Shown one piece after another: positions 1-10,162 of a stretch of DNA of 64,000 bases (its first letter is position 1; each line of letters starts with the position of its first letter). The notes below the pieces were generated by a model. That model did not search any database, had not been told where the DNA came from, and saw only the letters and a program-made list of their open reading frames with translations. The stretch is from assembly GCA_963668025.2 (NCBI GenBank), contig CAXXTH010000017.1:544001-608000 (forward strand), read 5' to 3'. This stretch comes from Candidatus Hydrogenedentota bacterium (GTDB lineage: Bacteria; Hydrogenedentota; Hydrogenedentia; Hydrogenedentales; SLHB01). A program made the translations under genes and the position numbers.

Positions 1-572
1 CGAAGAAGGCTATCGACGCCGCCGCGGCCTTGGGCGTTCCCACGGTATGCATGCTCGCAGGCGCTCCCGCGCCGGGCCTGTCCAAACTCGAAACCATTGA
101 AAAAGTGCTGCCAACGGCTTTTGCGCCCATCCTCGCCCATGGACGTAAAAAACACGTCAATATCGCCCTCGAAAATTATTACGCCACCTGCCTGCAAGGC
201 ATTGACACCTTCGAGTGCATATTCGCCTCGATACCGGATGAGAATTTCGGGCTGAATTATGACCCATCGCACCTATACCACCAAGGCTGCGACCACCTGC
301 TGCCGGTCTCCATGTTTCCAGAGCGCATTTTTCATACCCACGCGAAAGACACCCTGGTAGATAAGGCTAAACGCGCCCGAGTGGGCATTTATGCGGGCGG
401 CTGGTGGCGCTATGTAATCCCGGGATTCGGCAACATCAATTGGGGCGAATACATTTCCCATCTGCGCGCGAATCTTTATGATGGCGTGTTGAGCATCGAA
501 CACGAAGACTACACACAGACCCGCGAAGAGGGCTTTATCCGGGGAGTGGCGTATCTCGAACAATTCTGCTGA
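1..572 (+). CDS. Sugar phosphate isomerase/epimerase (xylose-isomerase-like TIM barrel), 5'-partial
   Basis: Motifs ALEN, GLNYDPSHL, HTHAKD and LSIEHED; the frame is open from the window start. Confidence 0.85.
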   Translation, partial: KKAIDAAAALGVPTVCMLAGAPAPGLSKLETIEKVLPTAFAPILAHGRKKHVNIALENYYATCLQGIDTFECIFASIPDENFGLNYDPSHLYHQGCDHLLPVSMFPERIFHTHAKDTLVDKAKRARVGIYAGGWWRYVIPGFGNINWGEYISHLRANLYDGVLSIEHEDYTQTREEGFIRGVAYLEQFC

Positions 573-743
573 ATTCAACCCCACAAAAGGGCGAATGCTC
601 CATTGGGCCAAGGCAAAAATAAGCTAAAAGCCCCTGGTTTTCCCTGTTGCCGCCAAGCGGAAGCGAAGCTTGACGAGTGGGTGGGGAGATGTTAGTCTTT
701 GAATGCGTTTTTCATGGCGTAACAGGCTCGATGCGAGGTTTTT

Positions 744-3700
744 ATGCGCGCGTGGTTTAGCTCGAACGCCGTTCGTATAGCCACAATTTATGCGCTTTTC
801 GGCGCTGCATGGATCCTGTTGTCTGATAAATGCGTTGAGTGGGTATTTCATGATGAACATGTGGCGCATATGCAGACCATTAAGGGGATTGTATACATCC
901 TCATTACGGCCTCGCTGGTGTACGCCCTTGTGGCTCGTTTCAGCCGCACCCTTTTCGGAAATGAAGCACGTTACCGGCTCCTGTTCGAATCGAGTCCCGA
1001 CGCCATGTTCGTGGTCGGGCTTGATGGTAAAATCCTAGACGCCAATCAGGTAGCCATATCTCGGTACGGCTACTCCCGCAGCGAACTGCTCTCCCTTTCC
1101 ATCACTCAATTGACGCCCGAATCCATCCGGTCAGAGATTTTCACCCAATTGAAACAAGCCGGCACGGCAGGCGTCCAATTCGAATGGCGGCATTGCCGCA
1201 AAGACGGCTCGGAACTGCCGGTCGAAGTCAATGCGCGCCCGCTTCTCTTTAAAGGAGAGAAACTTATCCTGAGCAGCGTCCGAGACATTTCGGAAAAAGA
1301 ACACTCCATCAATGCCGTGCGTGAAAGTGAAGAACGGTTTCGCCTCCTAGCGGAATGCGCCCCTGAACCCATCTTCATTCAAGCCAACTGGCGTTTCGTT
1401 TATCTCAATCCCGCCGCACTCCGCACCTTTGGCGCTCAATCTGCCGATGAACTGCTGGATACGGCCGTACTCGACCGTTTTCACCCAGATTTTAGAGAAA
1501 TTATTAGCTCACGCATACGAATTTTGAATGAAAAAAGAGAAGAAGTGCCTCTGCTCGAGGAAATCTACCTGCGGATGGATGGCACGCCATTCCACGCGGA
1601 AACGACCGCGGCTCCATTTTCCTATTTGGGGCAGCGGGGTGCGCTGGTGTTTTTCCGCGATATTACCGAACGAAAACATGCGGAAGAAGCGCTGCAAGAA
1701 AGTGAAGAACGGTTCCGCCGGCTCGCCGAACAAGCGCCTGAACCTATTACCATCGTGACGGAACAGGAGATACTCTATATGAACAAGGCGGCTTGCCGGT
1801 GCATAGGCGCCAGCTCCGCCGAGGAAGTCATCGGCCTTGCACCCAGCAAATGTGTGCATCCCATCCATCGTGAAGAAGCCGCTAAACGGCTGAATCGCAT
1901 CGTCGATAACGCCTTGGAGATCTCGAATGTAGAAGAGATCTACCAGCGCTTGGATGGCACTCCATTTCATGCCGAAATCGCCGCCACGCCGTTTACGTTC
2001 AACGGGCAAGCGGCCGCGCTGGTCTTTTTTCGCGATGTGACCCCGCGCAAAAAAACCGAGCGCGCGCTGCAAGAAAGTGAAGCGCGCCTGCGCGCCCTGT
2101 TTGATTCCGTCCAAGATATCATTTACTTAAAAGACACGGAAGGCCGGTATACCCACATCAACAAAGCCATGGAACATGCCTTCAACAAACAGGCCCATGA
2201 GATCGTCGGCCATACCGATGAAGCTCTATTCTCCCCTGAAGCCGCCCGCGAAATCAGAACCATTGACCTGCAAGTTCTCAAAGGGCGATTGATTCGGGGA
2301 GAATACTCGCGCTTCATATCTGGCGAACAAAAAATAATCGAGTCGATTAAATCCCCCGTGCGCGATGAAGACGGCTGCATCACCGGCTTATGCGGCGTAT
2401 CGAGAGATGTGACGGAACGGAAAAAAACCGAAGAAGCGCTGCGTGAAAGCGAAGCGCGATACCGCACCTATGTCGACCACTCACCTGTCGCTATTTTTAT
2501 CGCGGACGAACAGGCCCGGTATCTCGATGCGAATGACGCCGCATGCCAAATGTCTGGCTATACGCGGGAGGAATTATTGACGCTGCGCATAAACGACCTG
2601 GATGCGTCCGAAAATAATATCTCCGCCGCGACCTCCATAGACGATCTAAAGATTAAAGGCGTATTTCGCGGCGAGCAGTGCATGAGGCGCAAGGATGGTT
2701 CCATTGGGTATGTGAACACGGACGCTGTCGCTATTAGCAAGAACCGGTATATGGCCTTCTGCTCAGATATCTCGCTGCAACGAAAGCTGCAAGCCCAATT
2801 GCAGCAGGCGCAAAAGATGGAAGCCATCGGCCAGCTCGCGGGCGGCGTCGCACATGATTTTAATAACCTGCTTCAAGTCATTAATGGCCATATTGAGTTC
2901 GTACTGCAAGAATTGCCCACCGAAGCGCCTGTCCGCCAAGACATCGAACAAGTCGCCATGGCGGGTGAAAAAGCAGCCCGCTTGGTGGGCCAGCTTCTTG
3001 CCTTCAGCCGCCGGCAAGTCATGAAGCCTGAAAACCTTGATCTCAATGAGGCCATCGAGAATATCATGAAAATGCTTCGGCGCGTCATCGGCGAACATAT
3101 CCAGCTCGATTTTGTTGCGGGCCATGAGCTTGGAACGATTCATGGCGATCGAGGCATGATCGAGCAGATCATCATGAATTTATGCGTGAATTCACGCGAT
3201 GCGATGCCTAATGGCGGATGTATTATCATCGAGACGGAGAATGTCTTGATCGATAGGGGCTACTGCGAAACCCATGCCTGGGCCATTGCGGGGCGGTATG
3301 TGCTGCTCAGTGTGACCGATTCCGGCTGCGGAATGGACCGTGAAACGCTCGAACACATATTCGAGCCCTTCTTCAGCACGAAAGAAGAAGGGAAGGGCAC
3401 GGGACTTGGCCTTGCCACGGTGTATGGCATTGTCAAACAGCATGGCGGCATGATTCAAGCCTATAGCGAAACGGGCAAAGGAACCACTTTCAAGATTTAC
3501 CTGCCGCTGTGTGAACGTCCGGCTCGTACAGTAGGCACAAAAGTTGAAGGCTCCGTACGGGGAGGAGAAGAAACCATTTTGCTGGCGGAAGACGATGGGA
3601 TGGTGCGCCATCTGTCAAAAATGATCCTCGAAATGGCCGGCTACACGGTCATGGCCGCCGCGGATGGTGAAGAAGCCTGGGCGTTATTCCGACAGCATGG

Positions 3701-3932
3701 AGACCATATCCATTTGCTCCTGCTCGATGTGGTGATGCCGCATCTTGGCGGCCATGAAGTATATGAACGCGCCCGGGAAATACGCCCAGACATCCGTACG
3801 CTATTCGCCAGCGGTTATAGTGAAAACGCTGTTCATACTAACTTTATCCTGCACAAAGACCTATCCCTCATTCAAAAACCGTTCGCCCGGGAGACGCTTC
3901 TCCGTATGGTTAGGGATATTCTAGACCGCTGA
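744..3932 (+). CDS. Multi-PAS hybrid sensor histidine kinase with receiver domain
   Basis: Two N-terminal TM segments, about 5 PAS/PAC repeats, H-box GVAHDFNNLL, G-boxes DSGCGM and GTGLGL, C-terminal REC domain (LLDVVMP). Confidence 0.93.
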   Translation: MRAWFSSNAVRIATIYALFGAAWILLSDKCVEWVFHDEHVAHMQTIKGIVYILITASLVYALVARFSRTLFGNEARYRLLFESSPDAMFVVGLDGKILDANQVAISRYGYSRSELLSLSITQLTPESIRSEIFTQLKQAGTAGVQFEWRHCRKDGSELPVEVNARPLLFKGEKLILSSVRDISEKEHSINAVRESEERFRLLAECAPEPIFIQANWRFVYLNPAALRTFGAQSADELLDTAVLDRFHPDFREIISSRIRILNEKREEVPLLEEIYLRMDGTPFHAETTAAPFSYLGQRGALVFFRDITERKHAEEALQESEERFRRLAEQAPEPITIVTEQEILYMNKAACRCIGASSAEEVIGLAPSKCVHPIHREEAAKRLNRIVDNALEISNVEEIYQRLDGTPFHAEIAATPFTFNGQAAALVFFRDVTPRKKTERALQESEARLRALFDSVQDIIYLKDTEGRYTHINKAMEHAFNKQAHEIVGHTDEALFSPEAAREIRTIDLQVLKGRLIRGEYSRFISGEQKIIESIKSPVRDEDGCITGLCGVSRDVTERKKTEEALRESEARYRTYVDHSPVAIFIADEQARYLDANDAACQMSGYTREELLTLRINDLDASENNISAATSIDDLKIKGVFRGEQCMRRKDGSIGYVNTDAVAISKNRYMAFCSDISLQRKLQAQLQQAQKMEAIGQLAGGVAHDFNNLLQVINGHIEFVLQELPTEAPVRQDIEQVAMAGEKAARLVGQLLAFSRRQVMKPENLDLNEAIENIMKMLRRVIGEHIQLDFVAGHELGTIHGDRGMIEQIIMNLCVNSRDAMPNGGCIIIETENVLIDRGYCETHAWAIAGRYVLLSVTDSGCGMDRETLEHIFEPFFSTKEEGKGTGLGLATVYGIVKQHGGMIQAYSETGKGTTFKIYLPLCERPARTVGTKVEGSVRGGEETILLAEDDGMVRHLSKMILEMAGYTVMAAADGEEAWALFRQHGDHIHLLLLDVVMPHLGGHEVYERAREIRPDIRTLFASGYSENAVHTNFILHKDLSLIQKPFARETLLRMVRDILDR

Positions 3933-4184
3933 CTATGGCCCGAACGGGATGCATGTTTTGACTTTCCCGTTTCGCCGATTATATGATTCGCCATTAGGCG
4001 CTGGCCAACACCAAACAGGACAATCCCATCGGTGGGGCAAAACCATGGCGCCAGCGTATTCAGGGGAGCATTCAATCAGGCAGGGACTGCCGCGTTTCCC
4101 CATTTCACCCCTGGTGTGGGCGTCACTTCGCCCTCATCCCAATACGGGGGTGGCGTCCCAGATCGAAAGAGAGGACATTCTTTC

Positions 4185-6419
4185 ATGAGCACGACGGCCT
4201 CGACCTTCACTCCGCTTCAAACCTTGCCTGGCGATGATGTCCGCCAGATCATGTGGCGCTTCACGGACCGCTATGACCTGCAAATGCTCATTCAGTCCAC
4301 TCGAGCCGTGGCGCGCGGGCCGGTGGCGCGGCTGGTGGCGGATGGCGGGCGCAAAACCCATGAATGGACCGCGCGTAAGGATGAACTCCTGCGGGCGTTC
4401 GATGAAGCAGGCGTCACGGGCGCGTTCCTCGAACCCGAATTCGGCGGCTTTATTGATGGCCCCAAAAACCTCGTTTTCGCCATGATCGCCTACGAATTGG
4501 CCTGGGTCGACGCGGGTGCCGCGACCGCCAGCCTGGCGGGCAATCTCGCCTTCGCACCCATCCATGAACGCGGCACGAAAGAACAATACCTTGAATATAT
4601 GCAGCGCATGAGCCCGCCTGCTCCCGGCGAAGACCGAAAGCCGCTGCGCGGCTCGTTCGGCCTGACGGAGCCTATCCCGTACGTGGGCGTCGAAACAGGC
4701 ACATTATGCGGCAAAATCCGCGTCGAAGAATGGAAAGAAGGGGAAGAGCCTATCCTGCATGTGGATAAACGCGGCCGCTTCATCACCAATATGGACACGG
4801 CGGGCTATGTCACCGCCGCCGTGGACAGCGCCGATGAGCGCATCAAGGGCACCTGCATGGTCATCGTCGAGGAAACCGACCCCGGCGTATTCGACCGGGG
4901 CGCGCCCACCATGAAACTCGTACATCAGCTTTCCTCGACCCGCGACCCGATCATCAGCGTCACCGTTCCCGCCAGCCGTATTATCGGCGGCTATACCATC
5001 AAAGATGGGGTGATCGTGCCGAATTACAGCCATGGCGACATCATCGAAGCCGTATTCCGCCGTACGCGGGTCACCGTGGGCTGCATGACCCCGGCAAAAC
5101 TCATCAGCGCCGTCGAACCGGTCATCCGCTACCAGCGCAGCCGGTTCCGTGGCAGTGCGTCGGTCCAGCCCGGCACGCCGCGCTTCGAGCAAGGCCTTCA
5201 ACAGAAAGAAGACTCCTTGCACCGCTTGGTGGACATCTGGGCCACGGGCGAGGCCGCCGCGTCCCTCGGATTCGCCGCCGCCCGCGCGTTCGACGTGATC
5301 GACCCCATCGAGAAACAAAAAGATGTCATAATGGCCGAACAAGGCGCTACCGGCGGCTGGAGCCAAATGAAGGTCTTCCGTAAAGTACAGCCGCTTGCCA
5401 TCGAGTACATCGAACTCGCCGCCATGCCCGAAGAGAGGCGTGACGCGGCGCGCTTCCAGGAATTGTCGGATAATGTCCTCGTCCAATTCCTCGTGCAAGA
5501 CGCCGTAGGCAATGTGCTGTGCCCCGCTTGCAAACTGTGGAATACGGGAACCGGAGCCACGGTGATGCGCGAAGCGCTCAGCCTCATGGGCGGCTACGGC
5601 ATCACGGAAGACTGCCCGGGCTTCTTGGCGCATAAATGGATGGACGCACAGCTCGAGGCCACCTATGAAGGCCCAGAGGCCGTACAGCGCCGCCAGCTCA
5701 GCATCACCATGGCCATGGACCTCTTCTTGGCCCAATTCCGCCATTGGATCAAAGACATGCGCCGCATCGCCGCACATAAGCCCGGCACGGGCGCTTGCAC
5801 ACTGGCCACGGCCATGGAGATGTGGCTCTGGTCCCTCGAACACCTGCAAAAAGGCCAGGATGCGGACGGCGGAAAGCTCTACAACAATCCCCGCCAAGGC
5901 GTCACCTTCCCATTAGCCGACGCCCTTTGCTGGCTTCTGGCCGCCCGGCAGCTCATTCTGGATGTGCTCGAACTCGAAACTAAAGGCCCCGATAATCCTG
6001 TCGTGGCGGAAGGCCTGGAGGGCACGTTGCAGTTCTTCTCCGACTTGTGCCATGTACAATCCGCACGCGCCGCGGGTGAAACAGGCCGCATCTGCGCCGA
6101 ACTCGTCCATGGCTACAACCGGCATCCCGCCTGGGATACGGAAGCCTGTGGCTGCTATACGGAATGCGAATTAGATGAACTGGAGGAGGTCGTGCCCGGC
6201 ATCGAAGCCATGGCGGAAGGCCAAGGCGATGTGGTGTTGAAAAACGGCTCCCGTCCGTGTAAAGCCGGCCCTTGCGTGAAATTCGACGGGCTTGAAACGT
6301 TTTCGCAGATGCGCATGAAAATGGACGGCTGCCTGACGGGCGCACGCCTAGCCAAAGACCGCGCCGCCTACAGCCTCAGCCAAGTCATGATCCCCGAAGC
6401 ATTGGATTATCCGCAATAA
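4185..6419 (+). CDS. Long acyl-CoA dehydrogenase family protein
   Basis: Motifs FGLTEP, GRFITN, LMGGYG and TYEGP; start chosen at ATG 4185 after a GAGGA RBS. Confidence 0.85.
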   Translation: MSTTASTFTPLQTLPGDDVRQIMWRFTDRYDLQMLIQSTRAVARGPVARLVADGGRKTHEWTARKDELLRAFDEAGVTGAFLEPEFGGFIDGPKNLVFAMIAYELAWVDAGAATASLAGNLAFAPIHERGTKEQYLEYMQRMSPPAPGEDRKPLRGSFGLTEPIPYVGVETGTLCGKIRVEEWKEGEEPILHVDKRGRFITNMDTAGYVTAAVDSADERIKGTCMVIVEETDPGVFDRGAPTMKLVHQLSSTRDPIISVTVPASRIIGGYTIKDGVIVPNYSHGDIIEAVFRRTRVTVGCMTPAKLISAVEPVIRYQRSRFRGSASVQPGTPRFEQGLQQKEDSLHRLVDIWATGEAAASLGFAAARAFDVIDPIEKQKDVIMAEQGATGGWSQMKVFRKVQPLAIEYIELAAMPEERRDAARFQELSDNVLVQFLVQDAVGNVLCPACKLWNTGTGATVMREALSLMGGYGITEDCPGFLAHKWMDAQLEATYEGPEAVQRRQLSITMAMDLFLAQFRHWIKDMRRIAAHKPGTGACTLATAMEMWLWSLEHLQKGQDADGGKLYNNPRQGVTFPLADALCWLLAARQLILDVLELETKGPDNPVVAEGLEGTLQFFSDLCHVQSARAAGETGRICAELVHGYNRHPAWDTEACGCYTECELDELEEVVPGIEAMAEGQGDVVLKNGSRPCKAGPCVKFDGLETFSQMRMKMDGCLTGARLAKDRAAYSLSQVMIPEALDYPQ

Positions 6420-6447
6420 GCACTTGGAAACAATTTATCTGATAGAG

Positions 6448-6481
6448 CGGCGTCCACGGGAATTCGTGGACGCCGTTTGTT
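6448..6481 (+). terminator. Intrinsic terminator between convergent genes
   Basis: Stem CGGCGTCCACG / CGTGGACGCCG followed by TTTGTT. Confidence 0.7.
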
Positions 6482-6498
6482 GCGTATGCCCAAAACGA

Positions 6499-7206
6499 TC
6501 AACGGTGTCGTGCAGCCCGCGCCAGGCTGGTTATAATGCGCCACGAATCCCGCATGCGATGAAAATGGGAGGTGGGATTGCCCGCTTCGTATATCGTACG
6601 AATGGGAACCGATGCGATGGCGTAGCCCTCACGCACCGCTTTGGCGAGTATCTCCATCTCGGTTTCATAGCGCCCGCCGGGTACGTCCTGGATGACTGAT
6701 TCGGCAAAACGCCGGGAATGGAGGCGGTAGCCGGATTGCGTGTCCGGTATACGGACGCCGAGCAACATAGAAGCCAGCGAGATCGTGAAAAGATTGCCGA
6801 TGCGGCTGCGAAGTGGAACATCCTCTTGGGCGAATGTGCGGGAGCCGATCACCAGATCCGTATGTTGCTCTAAAAATGCGGCGTAGAGCCGGGGCAGCTC
6901 CTCGGGATCATGCTGGCCGTCCGCGTCCACCACAGCCACACAGGTGATCTCCGGCCATTCGAGCGCAGCGGCGAAACCGGCTAATATCGCAAAACCTTTG
7001 CCTTGGTTGCTTGGAAATGCAATCACCTGCCCGCCATGGCGTTCCATTTCCGCACGAAGCGCGCCAGGCGCGCCATCCGTGCTGCCGTCATCGACCAAAA
7101 TAAGCCGCCCCGCCAGCCCAAGCAAGCCCTTGACAACCCCGGCAAGCTGCTCCCCCGCATTGTAACAGGGAACAATCGCCGCAAGCGGCTCTATCCGGGA
7201 AATCAC
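6499..7206 (-). CDS. Glycosyltransferase family 2 (DPM1-like)
   Basis: Motifs VPCYN, VDDGSTD, DADGQH and DTQSGYR. Confidence 0.9.
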   Translation of the reverse strand: MISRIEPLAAIVPCYNAGEQLAGVVKGLLGLAGRLILVDDGSTDGAPGALRAEMERHGGQVIAFPSNQGKGFAILAGFAAALEWPEITCVAVVDADGQHDPEELPRLYAAFLEQHTDLVIGSRTFAQEDVPLRSRIGNLFTISLASMLLGVRIPDTQSGYRLHSRRFAESVIQDVPGGRYETEMEILAKAVREGYAIASVPIRTIYEAGNPTSHFHRMRDSWRIITSLARAARHR

Positions 7207-7838
7207 TTAAGCAAGCCTTTTGCAAGCTGGCTGGCTTCCGCAACCAAACTGGTGACACGCTCCGCATTTTCGAGTATGCCCCGGATGAGTTCCTGGGCTT
7301 CGACATTATGCTCCAGATCCAACGAAAGCAAATCGGCCCCTGCATAAAGGGCCTGCAACGGGCTGTTCACATCGTGGGAAAGACGGGCAAAACGCTGGTA
7401 CACTTCCGCTGCATTGGGGCGCTCGGCGGAAGCGCTCCGCTGAATAAGTTCGCGCTGTAATGCGCTGATGCGCAAGGTGGCCTTCACCCAGGAACGTAGC
7501 GCCATGTCTTCAATAGGTTGCGTCAGATAGCCATCAGCCCCCGCGGCAAGGCCTTCCCGAATGCTGCTGTCATCCGTCCGGTACGCGGAAATGAGGACAA
7601 TCGGGATATAGGCGGTCGCGGGGTCTTTTTTAAGCCGGCGGCATACCTCGATTCCATCCACCCCTGGCATGACTACGTCGATTAAGATAAGATCAAAACT
7701 GGGATTATTGCGGACGATATCCAAGGCGGACAATCCGTTATCGCAAGCGACCAGATCATAGGCATCCTTGCTAAGTAGCGCCCGAAGAACGCTTAGATTA
7801 ACAGGGTTATCGTCTACTATTAAAATAGATGCTCCCAT
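7203..7838 (-). CDS. Response regulator (REC plus HisKA-like helix, no ATPase domain)
   Basis: ILIVDDN, DVVMPGVDG, C-terminal LSHDVNSPL; start set at MGASIL. Confidence 0.8.
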   Translation of the reverse strand: MGASILIVDDNPVNLSVLRALLSKDAYDLVACDNGLSALDIVRNNPSFDLILIDVVMPGVDGIEVCRRLKKDPATAYIPIVLISAYRTDDSSIREGLAAGADGYLTQPIEDMALRSWVKATLRISALQRELIQRSASAERPNAAEVYQRFARLSHDVNSPLQALYAGADLLSLDLEHNVEAQELIRGILENAERVTSLVAEASQLAKGLLK

Positions 7839-8049
7839 CGCCTTTGTCCTTTCCATATTGCCTCGTCTTCCCAATGACAGTTCATCATAGCGCCTCACCC
7901 GTCTTCCCGCAAGATGCCCATGGGGAGCATGAGCTCGAATCCATAAAGCACTCAAAACCGGTTCCTCAAAACCGGCTCCTTGACAACTTCTGCTCGAGTC
8001 GATATTCTTGCACCTTCGAAACTGGGCAATCAGGTGGAGCGTTTTCTCT

Positions 8050-9825
8050 ATGCATCCCTATAGAACGCATACATGCGGCGTATTGCGCAAGCAAGACGTT
8101 GGAATTGAAGTGAAACTGTCGGGCTGGGTCCATCGGAAGCGCGATCACGGCGGTGTTATATTCATCGACCTCCGGGATCATTACGGCCTGACACAGGTGG
8201 TCGTCAATCCCGGCAGCAGTTTTTTCGAAGCCGTGGAACAAGTGCGGAATGAAAGCGTCGTGACACTCACGGGCGCGGTGGTGGCGCGCACGCCGGATAC
8301 GGTGAATCCATCCATGGACACGGGCGAGATCGAAGTGGTGGCCGGCAGCTTTATCGTCGAATCCGCCTGCGATATGCTGCCGTTCCCGGTGAACCAAGAC
8401 CTCGAATACCCGGAGGAGGCGCGCTTGCAATACCGTTTCCTCGATTTGCGCCGCGAGCACATGCACCGGAACATCCTGTTGCGCGCCAAAACCGCCCAGC
8501 TTGCGCGGCAGCACCTTATTGAACAAGGCTTTATCGAGTACAACACGCCTATCCTCACCAGTTCGTCGCCGGAAGGCGCGCGCGATTACCTGGTTCCCAG
8601 CCGCTTGTATCCGGGTGAATTTTATGCGCTGCCCCAAGCGCCGCAGCAATTCAAACAGCTTTTGATGATCAGCGGATTCGACCGCTATTTCCAAATCGCC
8701 CCGTGCTTCCGCGATGAAGACTCCCGCGCCGACCGCAGCCCGGGCGAGTTCTACCAAATCGATATCGAGATGTCGTATATCACCCAGGAAGACCTGTTTG
8801 GCGAGCTGGAACTGCTGATGTGCCGCTTGTTCAAAACGCTTTCGAACCGGAAAATCGTGGCGGAAAAATTTCCCCGCATCCCCTTCCGGGAAGCGATCGA
8901 GAAATACGGCTCAGACAAACCCGATATCCGTTTCGGCTTGGAAATGGTGGATTGTACGGATCTGTTCTGCTCGTGCGAGCTCAAAGTGTTCAAAAACCAA
9001 GTGGAAACGGGCGGAGCCGTGAAAGTGCTCTGCGCCAAGAATGCCGCCGCGCAGCCCCGCAAGTTCTTTGACGACGCCGAAGCATTCGCTAAAGGTGAAG
9101 GGGCTAAAGGCTTGGCCTGGATCGCCTTGCGCGATGGCGAATTAAAGGGGCCCATCGTCAAATTCCTTAGCGATACCGAAAAGCAGGCCCTCGTGGCGCG
9201 CATGGGCGCGGCGGATGGCGACGCTTTATTCTTCGGTGCGGGGCAGCGCGCGGAGACCAATGCGCTGCTGGGCAAAGTGCGCTTGTATCTGGGCAACGCA
9301 TTGGGCTTGATTGATCGCTCGCTGGCGGCATTCTGCTGGATCATCGACTTTCCCATGTTCGAGTGGAACGAAGAAGACAAAAAGATCGATTTCTCGCATA
9401 ATCCCTTCTCGATGCCTCAAGGCGGCCTGGAAGCCCTTGAAACCAAGGATCCCCTCGATATCCTGGCGTTCCAATACGACATCGTCTGCAACGGCATCGA
9501 GTTATCCTCCGGCGCTATCCGCAACCATCGCCCGGATGTCATGCTCAAGGCGTTCCAGATTGCGGGTTATGACGAGGAAACGGTTCGCTCGAAGTTTCCG
9601 GCCTTGTGGAATGCGTTCCATTATGGCGCTCCGCCTCACGGAGGGATCGCCCCTGGATTCGACCGCATCGTCATGCTCTTGGCGGACGAGCCCAATATCC
9701 GGGAAGTAATTGCATTCCCATTAAATCAAAAAGCGCAAGATCTCATGATGGGTGCGCCGAGCGAAGTGATGCCGAAACAGCTCCAGGAACTGCATCTTCA
9801 AATCAAATATCCGCCAAAAGCGTGA
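8050..9825 (+). CDS. aspS: Aspartate--tRNA ligase
   Basis: YRTHTCG, RDHGG, PEGARDYLVPSR, ALPQAPQQFKQLLM, PPHGGIAPGFDR. Confidence 0.97.
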   Translation: MHPYRTHTCGVLRKQDVGIEVKLSGWVHRKRDHGGVIFIDLRDHYGLTQVVVNPGSSFFEAVEQVRNESVVTLTGAVVARTPDTVNPSMDTGEIEVVAGSFIVESACDMLPFPVNQDLEYPEEARLQYRFLDLRREHMHRNILLRAKTAQLARQHLIEQGFIEYNTPILTSSSPEGARDYLVPSRLYPGEFYALPQAPQQFKQLLMISGFDRYFQIAPCFRDEDSRADRSPGEFYQIDIEMSYITQEDLFGELELLMCRLFKTLSNRKIVAEKFPRIPFREAIEKYGSDKPDIRFGLEMVDCTDLFCSCELKVFKNQVETGGAVKVLCAKNAAAQPRKFFDDAEAFAKGEGAKGLAWIALRDGELKGPIVKFLSDTEKQALVARMGAADGDALFFGAGQRAETNALLGKVRLYLGNALGLIDRSLAAFCWIIDFPMFEWNEEDKKIDFSHNPFSMPQGGLEALETKDPLDILAFQYDIVCNGIELSSGAIRNHRPDVMLKAFQIAGYDEETVRSKFPALWNAFHYGAPPHGGIAPGFDRIVMLLADEPNIREVIAFPLNQKAQDLMMGAPSEVMPKQLQELHLQIKYPPKA

Positions 9826-9846
9826 GAATGGAATAGTTTCTCGAAT

Positions 9847-9890
9847 GCGGCCCCAGGCAGAAAAACGCGCCTGGGGCCGCTCGCGTTTTA
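9847..9890 (+). terminator. Terminator after aspS
   Basis: 12-bp stem GCGGCCCCAGGC / GCCTGGGGCCGC with a T-rich tail nearby. Confidence 0.65.
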
Positions 9891-9962
9891 TTGGATAGAA
9901 AGCAGTTGATCCATGGCAATTGGCCGCACATTTTTAGACATGATTAACAAGATAAACAAGAA

Positions 9963-10068
9963 TTGCATATCAAATGGTTAGTCGGGATATATAGGCGTAT
10001 TCCTTGAACGGTGGGGGAAGCGCCACCCTACAGATTTTAGTGTATTTACTGGCCTTGAAATCCGCCTC
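9963..10068. repeat. ~105-bp dispersed intergenic repeat with REP-like core (family A)
   Basis: Aligns by eye with 54207-54314 and partly with 22176-22248; core GGTGGGG-n-AAGC(G/C)CCACC. Confidence 0.75.
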
Positions 10069-10100
10069 GTTGGCTATGCTGTTTCTAGCTCACTTAAAGT

Positions 10101-10136
10101 AAAAGCGCCGGTTTGGAGATCATCCCAAACCGGCGC
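10101..10136 (-). terminator. Terminator for the 10163-11983 gene
   Basis: Stem GCGCCGGTTTGG / CCAAACCGGCGC with a T4 tail on the minus strand. Confidence 0.7.
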
Positions 10137-10162
10137 ATGGTGTGTGTAGCTGATGGGTATGC

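Noticed and set aside
4030-4045. CGGTGGGGCAA as another family A REP
   Set aside because: Only half of the palindrome matches, which is too short to support.
4704-5897. Long antisense ORFs (also 12659-13870, 14888-15874, 28235-29347, 47832-48842, 49482-50567, 61911-62885)
   Set aside because: Shadow frames of GC-rich genes with no recognisable motifs.
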